From positions 15,700 to 79,699 of the forward strand of contig JANRJA010000242.1 in NCBI GenBank assembly GCA_033764315.1: DNA of 64,000 bases. Reading direction: 5' to 3'. A program made the position numbers and the translations under genes. Positions 60,679-64,000 of this stretch are shown piece after piece. The stretch is from Oculatellaceae cyanobacterium bins.114. Lineage in GTDB: Bacteria; Cyanobacteriota; Cyanobacteriia; Elainellales; Elainellaceae. Under the pieces are notes generated by a model. It was not told the DNA's origin. It made no database searches and worked only from the letters and a program-made list of their open reading frames with translations. Numbering within the stretch: the stretch's first letter is position 1; each line of letters begins with the position of its first letter.

Positions 60679-60768
60679 TATAGCAACTGTTAAGACGGTT
60701 GATACAAGGGGTGAGGGATACAAGGGGTGAAGACAGGATGCAGCCCTCACCCACTCTTCAGTTGCTAT
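60679..60768. mobile_element. TATAGCAACTG...CAGTTGCTAT MITE
   Basis: 10-bp perfect terminal inverted repeat; internal repeat GATACAAGGGGTGA x2. Confidence 0.65.
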
Positions 60769-60795
60769 CCCTGTATTCAGCAACGCCGATAAGAG

Positions 60796-62583
60796 CTATG
60801 GTTTGGGTTTTGCAACCGTAGCAATATGCAATTCTTTGAGTTGCTTATCATCTACACTAGAGGGCGCATTGGTCATCAAACACCGAGCTTGTTGAGTTTT
60901 GGGGAAGGCGATCGCATCTCGAATCGATTCTTCCCCTGCCAACAACATTACCCACCGATCTAACCCATAAGCGATCCCACCATGAGGGGGAGTGCCATAT
61001 TCAAACGCCTCTAGCAAAAAGCCAAATTTGTTACGGGCTTCTTCAGGAGTCAACCCAATCAAATCAAATACCTGCTGTTGTAGTTCGGGTTGATAAATTC
61101 GCATACTGCCACCTGCCACTTCAAATCCGTTAAATACAAGATCATGGGCAAGAGCACGAGCCGTTTTGATATCACTTAAATCTTCTGGGCGAGGAGATGT
61201 AAAGGGGTGATGCAGCGGTTCAAGTCGGTTCTCATCGGCATTCCACTCAAACATGGGAAAGTCGATAACCCACAATAAATTAATCTGATCAGAGTTAATT
61301 AACCCCAACTCTCGTCCTAGCACCTGACGTAAGCGATCGAGGGTCTTGTTAACGGTTGCGGTATCACCTGCACCAAACAACAGCAGATGTCCAGGTTGAG
61401 CACCCGTTCGCACCAACAATTCTTGCTTTTGGGCGTCGGTCAGGTTGTCTTTAATCGCACCAATGGTATCGATTTCACCATCCTCTCGCACTCGGATATA
61501 GGCCAGTCCTTTGGCACCCGCCTCCGTTGCTTCTTTAAATAAGTCACCACCTGGCTTAATGCGAACATTTGAGATAGCGTCATTGCCACCTGGGATCGGC
61601 AAAATCTTGACAATACCGCCTGCTGCGATCGCCCCCGAAAAGACCTTAAATCCAGAGTCTTTCATCAGGTCAGACACATCGACTAATTCCAACCCAAAGC
61701 GTGTATCTGGCTTATCGCTGCCATAGCGATCCATCACTTCAGCATAGGATAGCCGAGGAAAGGGACGAGGAATTTCAATCCCTTTGACGTTTTTGAACAG
61801 GTAACAGACCAACCTTTCATTCAGGTCAATCAACTCATCCTGCGTCATAAAGCTCATCTCCAGGTCAAGCTGAGTAAACTCAGGTTGACGGTCTGCCCGC
61901 AAGTCTTCATCTCGGAAACACCGAGCCAGTTGATAGTAGCGATCAAACCCTGCCACCATCAAAATCTGCTTAAATAACTGAGGAGATTGGGGCAGTGCAT
62001 AAAACTCACCAGGGTTAACTCGACTGGGCACCAGATAATCGCGTGCACCTTCAGGCGTCGAACGAGTCAGCATGGGAGTCTCAATTTCAATAAACTCGCC
62101 CTCATCCTCTAAAAAGCGGCGCATTGTCTTGATCACTTCGTGGCGCAGTTGCAGGTTACGGCTCATGCGCTCTCGCCGCAAATCGAGATAGCGATATCTA
62201 AGACGCAAATCTTCTCGCACAGACTCAGTCTCAGCGGCTGAAACCTGAAATGGCAACGGCTTACGAACGGCATTTAACAGCTCTATTTGGTCGGCGTATA
62301 CTTCTACCTCGCCAGTTGCCAGACGCGGATTGGAGGATTCTTCAGGTCGATGGGTAACCCGACCTGTGATTTTAACCACATATTCATTTCGCAACTCTCC
62401 CGCCGTTTGATAAGAGTCTGGAGTGCGTTCAGGATCGCTAACGATTTGAGCAATACCGCTGCGATCGCGCAAATCCAAAAAAATGACCCCTCCATGATCG
62501 CGGCGACGATCAACCCATCCATAGAGCGTGACCGTCTCTCCAATATGTTCAGGTCGGAGTTGACCGCAATAGTGAGTTCGCAT
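60796..62583 (-). CDS. aspS: Aspartate--tRNA ligase
   Basis: [62 protein letters not shown]. Confidence 0.98.
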   Translation of the reverse strand: MRTHYCGQLRPEHIGETVTLYGWVDRRRDHGGVIFLDLRDRSGIAQIVSDPERTPDSYQTAGELRNEYVVKITGRVTHRPEESSNPRLATGEVEVYADQIELLNAVRKPLPFQVSAAETESVREDLRLRYRYLDLRRERMSRNLQLRHEVIKTMRRFLEDEGEFIEIETPMLTRSTPEGARDYLVPSRVNPGEFYALPQSPQLFKQILMVAGFDRYYQLARCFRDEDLRADRQPEFTQLDLEMSFMTQDELIDLNERLVCYLFKNVKGIEIPRPFPRLSYAEVMDRYGSDKPDTRFGLELVDVSDLMKDSGFKVFSGAIAAGGIVKILPIPGGNDAISNVRIKPGGDLFKEATEAGAKGLAYIRVREDGEIDTIGAIKDNLTDAQKQELLVRTGAQPGHLLLFGAGDTATVNKTLDRLRQVLGRELGLINSDQINLLWVIDFPMFEWNADENRLEPLHHPFTSPRPEDLSDIKTARALAHDLVFNGFEVAGGSMRIYQPELQQQVFDLIGLTPEEARNKFGFLLEAFEYGTPPHGGIAYGLDRWVMLLAGEESIRDAIAFPKTQQARCLMTNAPSSVDDKQLKELHIATVAKPKP

Positions 62584-62722
62584 AACAGTGTGTCAGATCT
62601 TAAAACCCTTTCATTATCCAATATCCTCTGCCACAGGTTACAGGTCGTCTGTGAATTGCTGTTTATCTCATTGGTATTAAAACTGGCATTAAAAAGGAGG
62701 ATTAAACAGGGAGACCCTACTT

Positions 62723-64000
62723 TTATTCAGCCACCTCAGAAAAATACTGCTTTGATTTGACAAGGGTTTCAATCTGTTTAAACCCTTGTTCAATCCTAGA
62801 AAAAAGATAAGCCAAATTTTCAAACTGTTGTCGTCGCGCTTGCAGCTCAAGTTGTTCTACAAGGGCTTGCAGCGATTTTGCCCCAATACTGGTAGTCGAG
62901 CCTTTAATATAGTGGGCTTCTCGCTCAATGGCTAAAAAATCCTGTGCAGCGATGTAATTATGTAGGGTTTCCAGGTGAGGAGGCAAAGACTCAATCAGGG
63001 TTTGCAACAGCTCTTGCTCAAACGCTTCATTGCCATCTGACAACTCGTGCAAATAATCCCAATCGATCAGATTATGTAAGGTCATGTCCATAGAGTCTGA
63101 CGTGCGGCTGAAACTGAATACAGAGTTGTCTAATGAATTTTCGGTTGTCATGAGTTGTTGACTCCAATAGGCTAATTTGGCTGCCAGTTCTTTTTGACGA
63201 ACCGGTTTACTGAGGTAATCATCCATCCCAACGTTCATACAGCGATCGCGATCGTCTTTCATAGCATTGGCAGTCATCGCAATAATGATCGGGGGATGCA
63301 ACCCATTTCGTTCTAGACGCCGAATTTCTTGAGTGGTGCCATACCCATCTAGAATGGGCATTTGACAATCCATAAGAACAATGTCGTAACGAATTTTTGT
63401 TAACAGGTCGAGCACTTCCTGCCCATTGGCTGCCACATCGGCTGTGCACCCTAACTGCTTAAGTTGATTGAGGGCAACCTTTTGATTCACAAGACTATCT
63501 TCTGCCAGCAAGATCTTGAGTCGGGATGCTTGCTCTGGTGAGATTAACTGAGAAGGCTCAGCCTGAGATTGCATCAAACCATCCGTCAGAGGTGGTTTGT
63601 TAGATCCAGCACGAGTCACCGTCAGTAAACAATTCAAGAGTCTAGATTGTCTGACGGGTTTTAGCAGGCATGCTGCAAACCCCAAATCTAGTAGGTTAGC
63701 CGCCGTTCCCTGTTGGTGCAACGACGTTAGCATGACTAATTGAGTCTGCTTGAGCCGGGGATCGGCCTTGATTTGACACCCCAGGGTTTTGCCATCCATA
63801 TCCGGCATCTGCATGTCTAGAATGGCGAGGTCATAGGGACGATTTTGCTCTACTTGATGACGCAGTTGTTGAAGGGCGATCGCCCCACTTTCTGCCTCAT
63901 CAACCTGCATTTCCCAGTACAAGGCTTGATGACGAATCACTTTACGATTAGTTGCATTGTCATCTACTATCAACAGCCGTAATCCTTTGAGATCGTCCGC
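62723..64000 (-). CDS. Hybrid histidine kinase C-terminus (REC-REC-Hpt); 5'-partial
   Basis: LIVDDNATNR..LDMQMP; LLAEDSLVNQ..MDCQMP; AHYIKGS (Hpt). Frame runs off the window end. Confidence 0.92.
   Translation of the reverse strand, partial: ADDLKGLRLLIVDDNATNRKVIRHQALYWEMQVDEAESGAIALQQLRHQVEQNRPYDLAILDMQMPDMDGKTLGCQIKADPRLKQTQLVMLTSLHQQGTAANLLDLGFAACLLKPVRQSRLLNCLLTVTRAGSNKPPLTDGLMQSQAEPSQLISPEQASRLKILLAEDSLVNQKVALNQLKQLGCTADVAANGQEVLDLLTKIRYDIVLMDCQMPILDGYGTTQEIRRLERNGLHPPIIIAMTANAMKDDRDRCMNVGMDDYLSKPVRQKELAAKLAYWSQQLMTTENSLDNSVFSFSRTSDSMDMTLHNLIDWDYLHELSDGNEAFEQELLQTLIESLPPHLETLHNYIAAQDFLAIEREAHYIKGSTTSIGAKSLQALVEQLELQARRQQFENLAYLFSRIEQGFKQIETLVKSKQYFSEVAE

Noticed and set aside
1-64000. 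Very frequent GCGATCGC octamer
   Set aside because: This is the well-known cyanobacterial HIP1 motif; useful for taxonomy but not novel.

Overview
Chromosomal window of a filamentous-type cyanobacterium. Evidence: the HIP1 octamer GCGATCGC is very frequent, and chlI, psaE-fpg and an Npun_F0813-type gene are present; a Leptolyngbya/Oculatella-like origin is only a guess. It carries about 50 CDS, one tRNA-Arg(UCU) and many small non-autonomous mobile elements. I found no CRISPR array, rRNA, prophage or intact transposase. Main points: (1) 1-11.5 kb holds two convergent two-gene STAND-NTPase/WD40 (NLR-like) modules. One pairs a transmembrane AAA_35-WD40 receptor with an AAA_35 protein whose Walker B is degenerate and which is fused to an apparently active diguanylate cyclase. 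(2) About 31.2-32.1 kb encodes a secreted protein with five 29-aa tandem repeats and a second small secreted peptide. Their TTGACA-N17-TATCTT promoter is bracketed by a perfect 15-bp inverted repeat (candidate invertible promoter or operator). (3) A hybrid kinase combines an ethylene-binding domain with an insert-Cys-type cyanobacteriochrome GAF. (4) A structured leader of about 240 nt precedes a GlsB/YeaQ gene. (5) MITE families are modular and nested, share internal hairpin cassettes and show TA-bounded target duplications of different lengths. (6) PsaE has a 60-aa tail and Fpg a 56-aa insertion. All family assignments come from motif recognition by eye, not from database searches.
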